From positions 190,862 through 254,861 of the forward strand of contig NMRA01000406.1 in NCBI GenBank assembly GCA_002633005.1: a DNA stretch of 64,000 nt, in the 5' to 3' direction. Numbering within the stretch: position 1 is the stretch's first letter; each line of letters opens with the position of its first letter. A program made the translations under genes and the position numbers. This document shows positions 1-13,695 of the stretch, in pieces. Source of the DNA: Phoronis australis (Eukaryota > Animalia > Phoronida). The notes under the pieces were generated by a model. That model had not been told where the DNA came from and did not search any database. It saw nothing but the letters and a program-made list of their open reading frames with translations.

Positions 1-388
1 ATGACACAATTAATACAGGTTGGTAAAGTGTCAAAAATCAAAATCAAATTCTGCGGGCTTTGTACTCTCACAAAATATATACTGTTACTGAGTTAAAATC
101 TACAGCTTTCTAGATATTTTGCTAAAAGCACAGACATGTTGAAAAGCTGGTCCTACATAACATTACTGTTGGTTTGTACTTGTAAAAAGAAACTGTTGAA
201 CGCAGACTAATATCCAAGACAATAATGACTGGCACAGTATTCAATTTTTTATAAATTGTGTCCATCCAATAGAGGTGACTCTTTCCTTAGGTTCACCTGC
301 TGCCGCCCCCTCCCCCATATTGGTCAGTTGAAGGAGTGGTAATCCTCACACAGAGGTGCCATATAATTACAAGTTGTTCACTTCAGCA

Positions 389-912
389 AATAACTTTCAT
401 TCTGACACTAGTTTAACACATTCTCAAAAGTTACTTTTTCTTTCTCAACAACAGCCAATAACTTTCATTCTGACAATTTAACACATTCTTGGTAAGTTAC
501 TTTTTCTTTCTCAACAACAGCCAATAACTTTCATTCTGACAATTTAACACATTCTCGGTAAGTTACTTTTTCTTTCTCAACAACAGCCAATAACTTTCAT
601 TCTGACAATTTAACACATTCTTGGTAAGTTACTTTCTCTTTCTCAACAACAGCCAATAACTTTCATTCTGACACTAGTTTAACACATTCTCCGTAAGTTA
701 CTTTTCTTTCTCAACAACAGCCAATAACTTACATTCTGACAATTGAACATATTCTCAAAAGTTACTTTTTCTTTCTCAACAACAGCCAATAACTTTCATT
801 CTGACAATTGAACATATTCTCAAAAGTTACTTTTTCTTTCTCAACAACAGCCAATAACTTTCTCTAGTTTAAACACATTCTCAATAAGTTACCTTTTCCT
901 TCTCAACAACAA
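389..912. repeat. Minisatellite, about 8 copies of a 65-68 bp unit
   Basis: Unit aataactttcattctgacaatttaacacattc...gttactttttctttctcaacaacagcc starts at 389, 457, 523, 589, 655, 723, 788 and 853. The last copy overlaps exon 893-961. Confidence 0.95.
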
Positions 913-961
913 TCAGTTTTTCCTTTGACAAAGCTTCATGTGCGAGGCATTCTCTAATTTT
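893..961 (-). CDS. JAKMIP-like exon (KIRECLAHEALSKEKLIVVEKEK)
   Basis: Acceptor tattttgtcag, donor AAG|gtaact, 69 nt; ends in EKEK like the recalled JAKMIP segment EAALTQKMLDLEKEK. Confidence 0.78.
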
Positions 962-3900
962 CTGACAAAATAAAAATACAAGAAATACATTTGTTTCTGA
1001 CAAAAATACAAATTACAAGATGATTGCAGCTTTTTCTGTAAGCACTATTACAATTTCTTATTAGGACTCTGACCTCTCTGACAGCTACACGCTTATCCCA
1101 AAAAGAACGCAGTACAACAGCACCTAGATCATTCATCACGCAACATTATTGCAATAGACAGTCTGCTTTTTCTTGAGTAACAGATAAAGTATACTTCCAT
1201 ATTTTGAGTTGTTTCACATTTTGTTTTGAACCACATTGCTTCAGCCCTACTGAGCCAATTTTGATCTCTTGATTCAGGGCTACGCAATCATAGACTATAG
1301 TGAATATCTATTATCTGTGCATATGCAAGTAGTTTTTTGTGTTAATTTCATTTCAGAGTGAATTACAGAATTATGTCATTACCCTGTCAAGTAAATGTCG
1401 AAAGCTGTGAATGCATGACATTGGTATTTACATCAATAAAAAGTTTATCCCTCACCTACAATTATATTACTTAATCAAAAAATCAAATTATTTATGATAC
1501 AATATACTTCGTCAATAGATTTGTAGAATGCTTTCTGTCCTCAAAGGCCTGTTTACCAGGAACTCCGATTTGTGATCTTATACACATGATTCACGATGTC
1601 ACCATTTTAAAAGTGAGCCTCTTTTTAGGTTTAAAAAAGTGCATTTGAGACATAAGTATTAACAAGGCATGCAAAAAAATCATGTTTTGCACTGTGATTA
1701 AGAGCAGAATGCATTGTTTTTAAAACCTAAAAAGAGACTCACTTTTAAAATGGCTACGCGTGACTAAAGTCAATTGTATGGAGTGTAAAGTAATTACCAC
1801 ATTAGCTATGTCTTCATAGCAATAGAACACTGGCTAAAATAAATTGATATAACGTGGACTAAAACTGGGGGTTTTTAAACTGTTTTTGCTTCTGAAATTA
1901 AATTCCTCATCAAATGTTAAGTTAGGAATATTTTAATCCAAAGAAATACAACAAAAATTAGCTAAAATAGATGCCATATTTTTTAGTTCTCAGGTACCCA
2001 TTAATGACTGGCTTTAGTAAATCATTGAACTGTGATAGACAATTGGCCTGTGAGTCATAACACCAAACAAAAGAGCAAATGAATTCTTAACAATGGGTTA
2101 GACTGATACATGGATCTAGACTGGATTTAGACACCAAACAACAAGTATTTGTAAACTTTCAATATCTCTCAATAGATGGCAGTATTGTATGTACAAACTT
2201 TTGAAATACAGTTTGAAATACAAATTCTTGTTGTAAACAAGCATTTGCATTGCATCCAGACACGCCCGGGAAATATTCTCCTTATTTTTTCGGCAATATG
2301 GCAAAATTTGGTAGAAGATCGGCATCTCGTACAAACACTATACACGTACTATGTGCATGGACATGTTTAATGTGTTCCAATTGATTACTCTGACTGATAA
2401 ACAAACGCTAAGTTGGCTGAATTAACAATGTAATGTTTTTGAGGTATGGAGTGGTCAACTGGATGACAGGATGATGACATCATACACTCACATATACTTA
2501 TGTGGACACACGGAACTCTAGCTCTCTAGTTGTTCCTGTATCATTATTAAGTGTAAATACCTGGTCAGCAGCATCCAGGGCAGATATAGTCACCATGAGA
2601 GTATTTAGTTCATCTGAGGTAAAGTTGTGGTCCTGAGAAAAGTGCAGGTAAAAGCATTAAGATTTGAAGATTAAATGCACATATTAAACAGTCATGGAAA
2701 TAAACTGTGCAGATGAGAATGCGAAAATCACATTAATTTCCCAAAACTTCAAGGAATGAGCAGTCTATTTAAGACAACAGTTTAATGTGACATAAACTGC
2801 AAGTTCTATTGTAATATAGTTTGTTATTACTGGAAATTGAAATCTCAACTCTCTACAATGCACCAATGTGAAACAGTTGACTTCTATTCACCCATGTGAC
2901 TTCAAGTGGATAATAAAGAAACAGAGGCATGAGTACAGTGTTATCAGTCAAATGCCTGTGTATTGAGGACAGTGTTTTCTCATTACCTTACTGTACTTGA
3001 GACTGTGCAGATTGCCTTTCATCTCCTCCAGCCCTACACTGACAAGACTGGCATCCACCAATGCTAACTGCAGCATGCAGTCTTGAGTGATGACACCAGG
3101 TGGCACTGCAGGAGGGGAGCACTTCAGATCTTCAACCACCTGGAGAGAGTGACAACAGTTTTGCAATCAATGAGCAAAAACCATCACCTTGATACAAATA
3201 GTTTCGTGATCTGACTATTGAAACTTAATGCTGTAGTTTGGAATTCTACATTCCGACAGATAACTAACTTTATTCTCAAACAAAAACACTTCTGAATGCC
3301 CAACCACCTGGGTGTAAACATGCATGGAAAGCGCAAATAGAGTGAATTAGAACATAGTGAAGCCTATAGAACAGTAATAAAACATATTTAACAGTTCTAA
3401 TCAAATACAGATTTCAATAGCCTAAGCAGAACAACAAAAGCAAATTCAAGTACGCTAACACACACTTTAGTTCACAAGAAGTTAAGCTGCAGTAGATTTA
3501 TGAAATTCTTTGAAGCTCACCTTGTCATATTTCTGCTCCAGTTCGAGACACCTGAACTCTAGCACTTCATTCTGTTCCTCACAGTCCATCAGCTCATGAC
3601 GCAACTTCAGTTCAGCATCCTCCAGCGACGCAATCTGAAATAACCAATAAAAGTGGTTTATTCACATTGGAAGTCTTACATTAATGATGCCCAAAGATAG
3701 GACACGTTAATTAGTCATTTGAAGTAGTACGGTACAGTTTCTTCAAATTAGAGCACACTGTGGAGGAACAGTGAAATTTTGTTATCAAAATTTTCAGCAA
3801 CAGGAAGAATATTTTACATGATTGTTTGAAAACTTTATATAATATCGCTGTCATTAGCAAACACACAATGAAATTTTGAATGTCTTTGGTAATGTAATGA

Positions 3901-6900
3901 GCATTTGAAAAATGAAAAAATGACAACTTTAGACATTGTTTTGGTTCGCATTTGAGAAAACTTTACCGTACGCCTGAATAACAATCATAACTGTGAACTA
4001 TACAGTCACAGGGGTTTGCTGTAAACAGTTACTACAGATTTGGTGCAGTTAGAGCATACTGTAGACAACAAGAGCAACGCGAAGCCTTGATATGCGCCCC
4101 ACTGTGTGCATCGCATACAGTGCAGATACAAGAGATGATCACTATTTTTTTCAATGGAGCATTGATAGTTAATTTAATAACAGTCTCTAGGGAATGAAAA
4201 GCAAGTCAGCAATGCTCTCCTAAATAGGAACACGCCTGCCATTTTTCATCAGGATTCTTCAAGCAGTTTGGAGGTTAGGGAGGCAGATGTCAACGGACAC
4301 AAAAACAATAGAAAAGGGGGTGCTACAAAGATCAAATCCATCTGAAACAGGACCAGTTGTTAATTTCCACATCCACCAAAGCAAGCACAGCTACAAGACG
4401 ACCAAAGTAGATTTGTCCCAGAATCCATGTCAGATGTACTGCCCTTCATACCAAATTTCACGAAGATCCATGAAGGAACTTGTATTGAGACATAGGGAAA
4501 AAATAGAGGGCGCCACAGTAATAGGACCCATTCAAATGTAATCATCAGCCACACACATATGACAATTTTTACAATGGCATTGATCTTTCGAGTGATTTGG
4601 ACGATAAAGAGGCAGCTGCCAACACCAGGATGAAAAGCAATAAAAAATCACCACCCCGTAACATAAATTACAACCAATTCATTTTTAAATAGCATGGTAT
4701 TATCATCACTTTAATAAAAACCTACTGGCCATGTTTTACAAGCATCTGTCAAGAAAGTCCAAAGATATGCAGGACAACGCAAAAAACAAATTTGCTACTG
4801 GGGGTTTCAACAGTAATCGGAACTGTCTGACGGTCATGCTCATCCGGTTTCAAATTCCTAGAAATATATGAGCCGCATTTAACAAAGATCCTGACAGAGG
4901 TTTAAGGGATACAGCAGTCCCGCCATCCAAACATCACCGTCACCTTTGCTCTTCCCAGTAGAATCACATAGGTCAATTTCAAAACGAAACTTGGAGACTG
5001 GAGGTATGTTGAATTGAAACAGACTCAAAAATAACAAAAATGGGCACTAGGTGGCATACAGTATGTCGACACCATCCAAATATTGGAAGGTGTCATCGTC
5101 TTTTTTATAAGAAAACTAATTGCCAAATTTCATGCAAATTTGTCAAGGAACTCCGAAGATACAGATGATAACATAAAAAAATTCAATTGCACATAATGGA
5201 TATCAAATCTGTCCACAAGTCATCCTCATCCATTGCCACTAGCTGTTCTTTGTTTCATCCCAGTGATGCAATATTATCCAAAAACTTACTTCATGAGTCA
5301 CTGGACAAGTATGCATGTGTCTGAATGTTTAAATTGTGTTTTCTTGAGTTGCTAAAGCATTTGCTAAGCTATCTGGGTTTAATATATCTAGAATAACAAA
5401 AATCATTTCAAGGAACGCCATCGTTGGCATATCTAAAACAGCCTCTACCTCATACAACAAAATATTCACTTCACTAAGCAGATAGACAAGTACAGAATTA
5501 TGCAAACAAGGAAGATAAGTAAGTACTATATTGGTGCCATATCAGACGTTGAAATACTTAAGTGTGCAAACCATTTCCTTATACAGTATAAAACGTCACA
5601 TTTTGATTAGCAGATTATACAATGACATCAAGAATACAACTGCAGTAAAATCCTCTGAAATGAGATGACATCACAAATCACAAGGAAAACCACAGTGCAC
5701 TAGCCACTGGTACAGCCTGGCCAAGCAGTCATTACACTGCCAGTTCAGATTATATTTTTTTCTACAAAAAGTAGACACCTATAATAGTCAGTTTAGCTAT
5801 TTATGTAGCCAGGAATAATGGAATGGATGAGTTTGTGACGTGGCTCAGAAACTGATGGATTTTAGAATAATTACCAAGGAAATCGTTTCTTCAAGTTTTC
5901 CCACATATGAATCCTATTCTAATTTTTTTAACTTGACTTCGTTTTAAATGTAAAATCAGTTCGAAGCTCTTTTCCTCACTTTGCAACACTAAATACAAAA
6001 CGGTATAGTTTCCATAACAACATGGAGCTCAAGAAAAAAGCTTAATGAAAGGATGAGGGAAACAATTTGATACAGTTTTAAGTACTTATTGCATTGCACT
6101 ACGCTAGACATTAGATATCATCTGATCATTAAGTGCAGCAGGCTACACAGGATATACCACACAGAACAACATATGGATCACATTAGACAGAGCTTGGAAT
6201 AATGAACAAGACAAAAGAGGAAAATTTGCCAGGTGATGTATCACTCCACAAATAAATTGGCATGTGTGATAGAAATGTTTTTGTGTTGTAAAATTTAAGT
6301 GAAATAAGTGTTTTTGTGCAAATGAACTCAAATAATGAAAAGAGACGAAAAAGGGGAAACTAAAAATCAAATAAAAGGAAATCAAAGCCAAAAAAGAGGA
6401 AATCCTCTCAAAAGAAGGAAATTTTAAGTCATGATTAGACTGACAGGCACAATTTGGCGGTACTGTCCTGGCCATAAGCGATGTTTTTAAAAACCATGCT
6501 CTAACTTTTCAATAAAGCAGTTCATGAACTAAGGTTGATTGCTTGGCCAAGGACCACGTAATTATTCACACTAGTTGATACACTAAAATTTGATAACCGC
6601 GTGGGCCAATGGAGTATGATCAATTGCCAGAAATTTACACCTACATTCAAGCCGCTCAGTTCAGTATTATAAAGAGATATTTGTGGTTTACTTAAAGCCT
6701 TGTTCAAAGTAAATACTTAATCTGAAATGTCCACAAAAACAATTAAAACCAAGATATCCTTTAATAGCATTAAAACAATTAGTCCATTCATGATAAAAAG
6801 TTATTTAATTTTATGCGAAATGTACAATGACAGTATTGATGCTTAAAGTTTCCTGTAATAATATTTACATCAACTGAAATACAGGAAGTAATCGAATAAC

Positions 6901-9900
6901 ACCAAAGTGTACACAGCATTAGCGTTATTGTGGTGGCTGACATCATAACAGGAGGATATAGTTACACAAAATGTGAATGCATAATTAAGTGGGATAGAGA
7001 TTACTACACCAGTAACCACCTGGCATTAATAGCTTCCTTAAAACTTAGTCATAAAAGAATGACATGCAAGCGAGACGACCCGGTTTCGCATAAAATAAAA
7101 TTTAAAAAGGTAAAAAGCAATAAAACCTGTTATTAACTGGCTCCTCCTGAGAAGCGTTATGCTATTTCAGCGGTGACAATACCAGTAACACAAACCACGA
7201 GAAAAAAGAACGAAGAAAGCCATAAAATGCGTCCTCATGTTAACAAAACATTTCTTGGTATTGTGTATGTCCCTTGAAATCATAATGCTTTCTAGTGTTT
7301 TTTGCGCTTAAGTACCAATTATTGTATATTTTTCATAACGTACAATACAAAACTGTTTTGATAACTTAGCTACTCAGAGACGTTTAATGCTCTCTCACTT
7401 TCCTTCACATATGTCTGTGTCAACGGACTGTTATGTGTACATATGTTCAAATGATTTTTAACTATCACCGAGTGGTCAACAGACACCTTTAACATACCTA
7501 CATATAAGGTAACACATCTTTAGCTACCCTTATGTAGGTGTTTTCTTTAAAGTTCGCACACTCTGTTAGTTCGTACATGACCCTGGAAACATGGCCTTTG
7601 TTCTAATAGTTCATACAGTAGAACCTGAGGGAAAAAGTTTGTACACATATTTGGGTTGGAAAAATTATTTGTACACACCTTTTGGATAGGTAAAATGGAA
7701 ATTCGTATTCTTATAAAAGAACACAAATCAATAAGCGCCAATTCCATTCGGGAAATCGGAATACGTGGTTTGATATACTACGCTAGTATAGAGCTCGAAG
7801 CCGTTTCATTGCTCATATCCATATGGCAGTGTCAACACATGTAAATCTAGTAGTTATTAAGGTCTTTGATGAATTTCTAAATCTTTGACTCTCAGATACA
7901 TGTTCAGATTACTTTATTCAAAAATACCTGCTGGATCAGCCATAAATAAAACAAATTATACTTGTTTTAAGGAAAAGGACAAAAATGTATCTTCAAAAAA
8001 TTCACCCTCAAGAACGTTATAAAATTCTGCATTGGTTTCAAAAGCGTAATTGCACAAAGCTACTTTTGCTAATTTGAATAACTACTGTTTATTTCAATGA
8101 TTCAGCACTATAAGCTTTACTAAGCAACCTTTATGATTGCTTACTTCCAATAAATGAATAGAATCAAGGCATACAGGCAACCAAGAAAACAAACACAGCT
8201 TTTGCAACTGAAAAGTACAGTGCGATGCATGCTTGACAAAAGTTGACCTTTTTTGCTGGTGTACATGTATATTCAAAGACAATTATGAATGGATTTGTTG
8301 TAAAGATGTATGGAGCCCCCCAAAGCTTCAAAACTGGTTGATTATTTCTGGTCGACTGGTTGCACACTTGTGTAATGTCATGTGATGGAGGCAGTAGACC
8401 TTTGGCAACACAAAAAGCTAGGATTTTAGTCCAACTTACCTTGACGTCATGGTAATAACATGCAACTCTACAATGGGAATTCATTCGCCAGCGGTTTCTA
8501 AAACCGCGTCCTGGTTTTCCAAATATAAGGTTAAAGACCTCGTGTGAGGTTAGACAACAAGATGACATTTCATCCCACTTTTCCGCTAAGTTTGAAAATC
8601 TGAAAGTGGCCTATTTGTATCCGATCCACCTCGCTGCTCTAATTCTATAGATGTGACTTCATTCTAAGTGCTAACAACTTCTGGAACTGACTAAGTGCAT
8701 TGCATGATTAGGTCTCAACGCTACAATTTATTTACATCATCTAAAATATTGAAGTCAAAATCTGCTTATCTTAAAAACTATCTACACCTTTCAAAATATC
8801 GAGCTTCAATATGAACTTCATACAGCAGACAAAAATAATCTTAAACTAAACATTAGTACTATACAGCTGAAAAAATGCTTTATAAGAAAAACAAGGAGTT
8901 GTTCCATTCACCAAAGTCAACTGGACCTTAGATTTATAAAAGTTATCAATTCAATACATTGGCAGGTCTGTGAATGAAACTTCACCAATGAATGCATTTT
9001 TGTGATTAACTATATTTTCAAGGTAGATTAAAAGACCTTAATTGGGTGTCAATCAAAAATTATCAAGCTTTATCTCTGAATAAGCATGTATAATATGTTA
9101 GTCACATTTACTATAACTCAACCACGGCCGGATATCTAAATTTAAACACTTACTCTGCACCATATAAAATAGACGAAAATAACTCATCTTCTTCAACATA
9201 TCTTTAATGAGAAATATCTAAATACGGACTAGGGGTGGACAAAACCCTTTACACAGCATTTTTGCAACAGCAAAATACATCCAAAAACATTAATTTTTCA
9301 TTAACTGTAGCCCTCCAATTGGGAGCCCCACTACAAACCAGTGTCCTGCTCTGGCTCATAAATAGCTGAGGTCACTGACAACCTCCTTGCATTAGTAATA
9401 CATGGAACACTGCGGTGGTGACATCGCGTCATCTCCGACATCAATATATGTCATCGGAATCAGGTCGTCATTAATGCTCATATCATGAAATAAGAAAGAC
9501 ACAAGTCAAGTGTGAAGTCATGTTAACATGTTTTCTAGCTCATCGTTCTGAGTATTCTACGCTTGTGGAAAAAAGAATTTAGTACACCACCAGATATTTA
9601 GTTACAACGCAGAAATTGCAAGAAAAAACTTCTGAAGATTCAACGCACATGTTTTTTAAAAGGTACATGACAGAAGAAAGTCGAGTTATTTAAGACTGTG
9701 GTGTATAAGTAACACGTGGAATATATACCTGTTTGAACAGTGCATCTACCAGAAGGCATCAGAAGATGGAAGTTAGGAAGGATAATCTGTTGAATATCAG
9801 GTGAGTGAAAAGAGCAGGGATGACTTAACAAGATTTGAATAGATGGTTAACAATGTGATGAATTGTTAGCCAGGGTCAGGCAATCATAGCCTGGGGTGTA

Positions 9901-12900
9901 GTCTTACCATACAGGTAGCTATCTGGTGACCAAGGCCATTGTAGATTATATCATGGTAGACTTACAATGAAGTAGCAAAACAGTCTAAAGAGTTACAAAA
10001 TGTTATGGCCCCCATGGTGAGAAGTGGCAGATTACATGACACCCATGTTTGCACTGGTTTTTTGTTGTAACCTTACAAAGATTGTACATCACCTCTTTGT
10101 AAACGATCTCTCATAGAATTTAGATCTCTCATAGAATTTAGATCTCTCATAGAATTTAGATCTCTCATAGAATTTAGCGTTTGAAAAATATTTTTGATAG
10201 GATGATTATAACATCTCATGACCTTTTGACCTCTACCATCAATGTCACCCACCACCTGCTGGGTATTTACTGGTTACTGTAGATCGTAGACGAAAACTGT
10301 AAGACTCATACCCAGCACAAATAACAAATTCATCTCATCAATAACATAATAGCAGTTTGCGTGGTCAGTCAGGTCAAACGTACAGAAGCATAAAGAAATA
10401 TGAAAACAAATTATCAGTTCTGCTCTATGCAAATCGTTTCACGGAAAGAAGCATTTTAATTTATGCAAATCCACCTTTTGTGTGGTTCTAGTAACACCCA
10501 CTGAGGTACTTACAGTGTCTACCTGAGTACTAGTGGGGTTCACTGGACAAACAATTGAATATGTCTGAGTCTCAGTTTCATAAACAGGGCTGGATGATTC
10601 ACCAGTCTATTGTAAACTTAGACTGTAATGAAGAAAACATTTAACAATGAAAAGCTTAGCATGAACCAAACTTATAGGAGGTTCTTTTAAGAGTTAAATA
10701 GCAAATACTTTTCAATCAAAAGCAGTGAATACTTTATGGTTACAGAGCTCTTATTCAAACCAATCCCTGAAAAGATGACAATTAAAATCCATAAACAAGC
10801 ATCCCACCATAAGCAGCAGTACTTTGCTAACACTCACTGGTGTGACTGCATTTTGTATGGGTCAAGAAACTTTAAAATGGACAGTCATTCATGACAGGAC
10901 GAGGGTTGATGAACTGACCCTTCAACATCTTGTAGTTGTGTCATTCTTTAAGTACTAATATAGGAACCTCTTTAAGTTAAAGGTACTTGGACACATATCT
11001 GAAACACAATATGGTCGACAAGTCAAATTTTATTCTGCCAAATCTTTCCACAAAAATAATGATCAAAAAATGTTTGATCTATTTCTAGCATGGTTTGTAG
11101 TGTGCAGATGTCATAAAACAACTTTTGGTAAATTTTCCATTTATTTGAAGTAAAGTAATCAGCTTTTGAAAAATTACATAATTTGGAAATTACTTTTGTG
11201 CGAAATAAAAGAAGAGTTACATTAACACCAATATTTGGCTTAACACCCCCATTCCCAATTTATACGATCAACACTTTCTTAAAAGGGCCGGTGTCCTTAC
11301 AAAAGCCCATTTCTACACAGCTCCCAAAACATTGAATAACCAGCTTCAGTACCTGAACTATGCCACACTTGTTGCTGAAGAAAACAAGAAATTATTCTCC
11401 TTTTGCTAATGCACAACTGAATATTATCGTACTTGTAAGCCAAAAATTATGAAGGCATTTGTGACAGTGAATTGACTGTTAGAGTAAGCACCATTACCCT
11501 ACTTGTCAAAAAATGTCTGAATAGCCATGTTAATGAACAAATCATTAGACTTTGGGAAAAGATAAGGAAAATCATCATTGAGGTAAAAATTGGGTTAAGA
11601 AATGACTGAGATGTGTAGCAAAAAGTCCAGCAATACTGGTCGAAACCTAGGTTACACATCACTAAACCAAACGAGTTTAACAACATGAACCAATTCAATT
11701 AATGGTTATTGTGCAACCAAACGAGCAGAACAACTTAACTTGTTTAAATACAGAGCAGTGGAGAGCTGCGAGTGCTATGGTCATTGGACTTTTGACCAAG
11801 TTAAATAAACAGAGATGGCAGCACTTCAAAAAGTCATTTTTAAGTATACTATTTCTTCAACAAATGATTACCTCCATCTGGTAATAGAGGATATTCTTAC
11901 TCTTAGTTAATTTCATTTTCAAAGGCCTCTAGCCCAGAAGAGATGACAATATTTTGCATGACAGGTGTATACACAGATACTTAAAAACTCATCACTTCAT
12001 TTCTAATTTCCCACGTTTTGATAAAATAAAGTTTGCCAGATTTTTCACACAATTTTCCGTATTAAAGAACATTTATACCAGTAAATAATCACTAAAAATA
12101 GATTTGTGTTTCAAGTAACTACATCTCAGATCTCAGTGCTAAAACTGGACATCGAAACAAAAAATAACTCTTTGTTTCTACTTCTCCCTGGTTACAAACA
12201 GAACACAAACTTTGATCAAGGGGATACTATTTCTTCTGCCCAGTTCTATATTAAGTTGATGGGTTAATCATTGTTGCTCTCACTACCCATGTCTAGCTCA
12301 ATGTGCAGCCTGGACAGACTGGAAATCCAAGTTAGAGATGTTAAGTTCACAGTTGGAAGCAGACAACAATGTGACGAATAAATACTGTGTAATGGCAGTT
12401 ACAAATGCTGTCTAACTTCAGTTATAAATGTTGTCTAACGACCGTTATAAATGCTGTATGTCAGTTATAAATGCTGTATGTCAATCATAAATGCAGTATA
12501 ATGTCAGTTATAAATACTGCATAATACCACTTACAAATACTGTCTTAAGTCAGTTGTAAATGCTGCATAATGTCAGTTGCATTAAGAGCAGCAATCAAAG
12601 TTGATATAAACCACAAAACAAACAAATTATGGTTTCCATAGCCTCCTTCACTTTTTATCAAATGCCTTTTTCAAAAATGAATCATAACAGCATTCAAAAC
12701 AGGATTGCTGGTAACATTGTGTAGGCAGATAGTTCATTGGTCTCAACATAATCATCTGGGCCATCTAGGCATCCTAATTAGACATCAAAGTAACTGTCAT
12801 CTCAATAATGGACGACTTCCGTTCTGGTTATGTGCAGTGCACTTCCTCTTGAGAATGACTGCAGCACCATGTCTGCCTCTTCAATTATGAGACCAGGATG

Positions 12901-13648
12901 AGCATCCCAGGTGGCGCTGTCATCTACCTTACTTTATGTTGTTTTCTCATCTATGTCTTCCTGGTGGGCTCTGCTGCCTTTCCTAGCACTTAAGTCACTC
13001 TTAAGAAGACCAAGGAAGGTTGAAGTACATAGAATAAATGCCTGTGATCGTTTTAAAAAGTTGTTCCTTTTTGGTATTATTTATGCGGGGAGAGCGGGAC
13101 TAGACATGTTGAGTGGCAATATGAGAAGTTATGGCTGAAACTTAAGAGTGCTGAAAATAGTTTGACATTTAATGAGACTTGCTTGAAAGGCCTGTTACAC
13201 CGCATGTTAATGATTACATAACGCTAGGTCACACCCTCTCTCAGGATTGGCTCAAGTGCTTGGTTTTAAGTGGAAGTTAAGTACTTCAATCAGGAAAATG
13301 TTGAAGTGCAAGCGCATCTAGAGCATTTCATCCTTTAGATCTAAAGTAGGTCAAGACAAGTTACAAAAAAGGATTAAAACTTAGGGAGTGGTCCAAATTA
13401 GAAAGCATTAGTATCCGCAGAAAAGCCTCACCTAGAATTGTGAAGTGATATTGGACAGGTTAGAGGCGATAATGAAGACAATGGGGATAAGTTTTAGTAT
13501 GATAGTTTCGATGTTTATTGAATGATGATGCAATAATTCATAAAACATTTTGATACAAGTTGCAGTTAATTGCCTATCAACCTATGCTGTCCTTCTAACA
13601 GATGTATCAGTTTGCAAGCATCAAGTAGTGTATGCTGTCATCAGCATG

Positions 13649-13695
<47 letters not shown>

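Noticed and set aside
4287-5170. Short ORFs and ccaaatttca-containing segments that recur elsewhere (about 18763, 42071)
   Set aside because: Probably fragments of an old dispersed repeat; boundaries and family cannot be supported by eye.
9395-9490. Minus-strand mini-ORF MSINDDLIPMTYIDVGDDAMSPPQCSMYY after a pyrimidine tract
   Set aside because: The tract ends in CAT rather than CAG, there is no convincing donor, and JAKMIP homology needs no exon here.
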